Assembly (NCBI GenBank): GCA_900088475.1
Contig: FLMG01003917.1
Span: 91,669-155,668, forward strand
Length of the DNA stretch: 64,000 nt
Source of the DNA: Hyphochytrium catenoides
Taxonomy: Eukaryota; Protista; Hyphochytriomycota
Direction: 5' to 3'
Made by a program: the position numbers and the translations under genes. The notes under the pieces are model-generated. The model did no database searches. It saw only the letters and a program-made list of their open reading frames with translations, and was not told where the DNA came from. Below are positions 62,301 through 64,000 of this stretch, in pieces (within the stretch, counting starts at the first letter, position 1; each line of letters starts with the position of its first letter).

Positions 62301-63791
62301 AGGTGGTCACCGGGCCCTTCGGCATCAGGAGGTAAGAGGGCAAGCCAATGAGAATGGAGAAAGATAGAGACACAGAGGGAGAGAGAGAGAGATGAAGAAA
62401 AGAGAGAGAGTGAGGGAGAGAATGCTGAGGAGGTGGGACATGCATATATTTGGACCTGATTGCTTCCGTGCTTCTTCCCTGCGCTCTTGCCGTAGCCTTG
62501 CCTCCTGACAGTGCAATCCTCAATCCAATGGCCACCCGTCTTGCACTTGTGGCAGATATAGCTCGGAGGCGGCTCTCGCTGGCGGATTAGAGAGCGCACG
62601 AGCTATGAGAGAGTGACCAAACCGGCAAAGAGGGTAAACAGCCCCCGAAGGTTGACCCAAGACAAGACACAAGACAAGATCAAGAGAGCTTAAGAAAGTA
62701 GGTAGCAGCATTTGCTGGTGCACCGACACGTGGAGTGACAGGGATTGCTTAAGGCATGTTAGATGTAAACGCTCTTCAGGTGAACCCAGGAGAAGATCGG
62801 ACAGGACGGAGAGGCATTTACCCTGTTATTCACCCTACTGGCTCCTCTACTTCCACCTGCAGGAGAAGGAAGGTAGTGCTGCTGCTGCGGTTGGTAGGGA
62901 TACAGACCATAGCTGCCGCCACCACCTAGAAAGAGTTTAGGGCAGAGAAAGGAAAGAGCAAGGGCATGGAGGTGGAGTGAGTCTCGGCAGACAGAACACC
63001 CTGATGCCCAACAGATGCTGAAGAGAAAACTCTGTTGGGAAAGCGGAGATTGTAAGTAGGAGACAGAGGAAAGTGAAGACGAGAAAGGCGGAGTGAGCGA
63101 CAAAGAAGGGAGAGAGAGGAAAAGGGGACAGAAAAAAAGAGAGAGAGACACAAGGCAGAGGTGAGGGAGAAAGGGGCGGTGGGAGGAGAGAAACTTTGGA
63201 GAGGGAACACAGAGAGAAGGGAAAGTGAGTGAAACGAACAGAGTAAGAGAAGAAGCCGGTTGACGAGACCTGGCGGCAAGTAGCCATGATGTGGGATAGG
63301 TGGGACGTTAATGAGGGTCATGGAGCTCGGCGGGTACTGCAGCGTCGGAGGAGCGTAAAAGTCATAGAGATGAGAGGGAGGCGGAGGCGCGTAGGAGAAG
63401 CTCTCGGAAGAATGGAAGGACCGCGGAGAGTGCCCTGGAAACTGCTGTGAGGGAGAGAGAGGATCTTCTGAGCCTACAGCGGGAGAGAGACGGCTCTTCA
63501 GATACATGTGGACGTGACAACCTTAGATAAGAACGGCGATCTTGACGAGATGAGCTGTAGATGTGAACTATAAGAGATAATAGCACGAGGCTAGTCAATA
63601 GTGCTGCGACCGCAGCGAAGAGAGAGACAGAGAGACAGACAGGCAGACCGACAGAGAGAAGAATCGGAGGCAGAAGGAGCCTTTCCAAAGGCTGGCTTTG
63701 AGCAGAGGACATTGACGGTGAGAATACCTGTGTGGCCGTGTCGCTGTCCCTGGTAAGCTGGGGCCCTCCCGTGCTCGTTGGTCTGCTGCAT
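59399..63791 (-). CDS. NUFIP1: NUFIP1/Rsa1-like box C/D snoRNP assembly factor with extra zinc knuckle and CCCH finger (start approximate)
   Basis: C2H2 fingers FSCEPCGKVF...YKAHIDTH and C..GCDF...AHWHSTH, then PEDISKWREERKRRWPT and C-terminal LLEKDIKKERSYMLQFIRFFVANNF. Also PPPSYICHKCKTGGHWIEDC and CTYFLKGHCSKGNRCTFAH. Confidence 0.85.
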
Positions 63792-64000
63792 GATTTCGAC
63801 TCTTTTCTTCACGCACTGCCCATCATTGGAATAAACGTATTGACTTAGGAGAGTGAGAGAGAGAGACAACACAGCCTCCAGTCGAGGGAGAGCATCACGG
63901 CAACGGAACACACAGACTAGCAGAGAACTGAAGGAAGGCAAGCGAGCTCAGGAGCTGGCCGAGGCGGGTCGGCACTGAGGAGCTCAAGAAGACGAAGAGT

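Noticed and set aside
1-64000. Functional gene cluster (RNA-processing or genome-maintenance genes; redox kinase plus tri-FSP1)
   Set aside because: The genes are unrelated housekeeping loci in mixed orientation. Tri-FSP1 and the kinase are ~25 kb apart with no shared element seen.

Overview
Eukaryotic, gene-dense, intron-rich window. It has GT/GC-AG spliceosomal introns, long (CT)n/(GA)n tracts and one 49-N gap. The ATIC N-terminus and NUFIP1 motifs look stramenopile-like, but that is an inference from memory. By splicing exons by eye I find 15 protein genes: DXO/Rai1 (5'-truncated), a triple-FSP1/AIFM2 oxidoreductase, TBC1D20, HSCB, a DDT-WHIM-WSD chromatin protein, GCNA/SprT, an ankyrin protein, YBEY, a multi-PAS hybrid histidine kinase, ATIC, Aurora kinase, STN1, CTNNBL1, a Nudix hydrolase and NUFIP1. 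There is also a decayed coding-like stretch at about 27.9-30.2 kb. The strongest novelty candidate is the intronless 1224-aa ORF at 3043-6717. It chains three complete FSP1 (ferroptosis suppressor/AIFM2-type NAD(P)H:quinone reductase) units behind one N-myristoylation signal, and the third unit has a diverged nucleotide-binding motif. Second is the near-intronless, bacterial-style 5-PAS hybrid histidine kinase whose last PAS resembles NifL/Aer flavin-binding PAS domains. No rRNA, tRNA, CRISPR array or intact transposon was recognised. All exon structures are manual and need RNA-seq confirmation.
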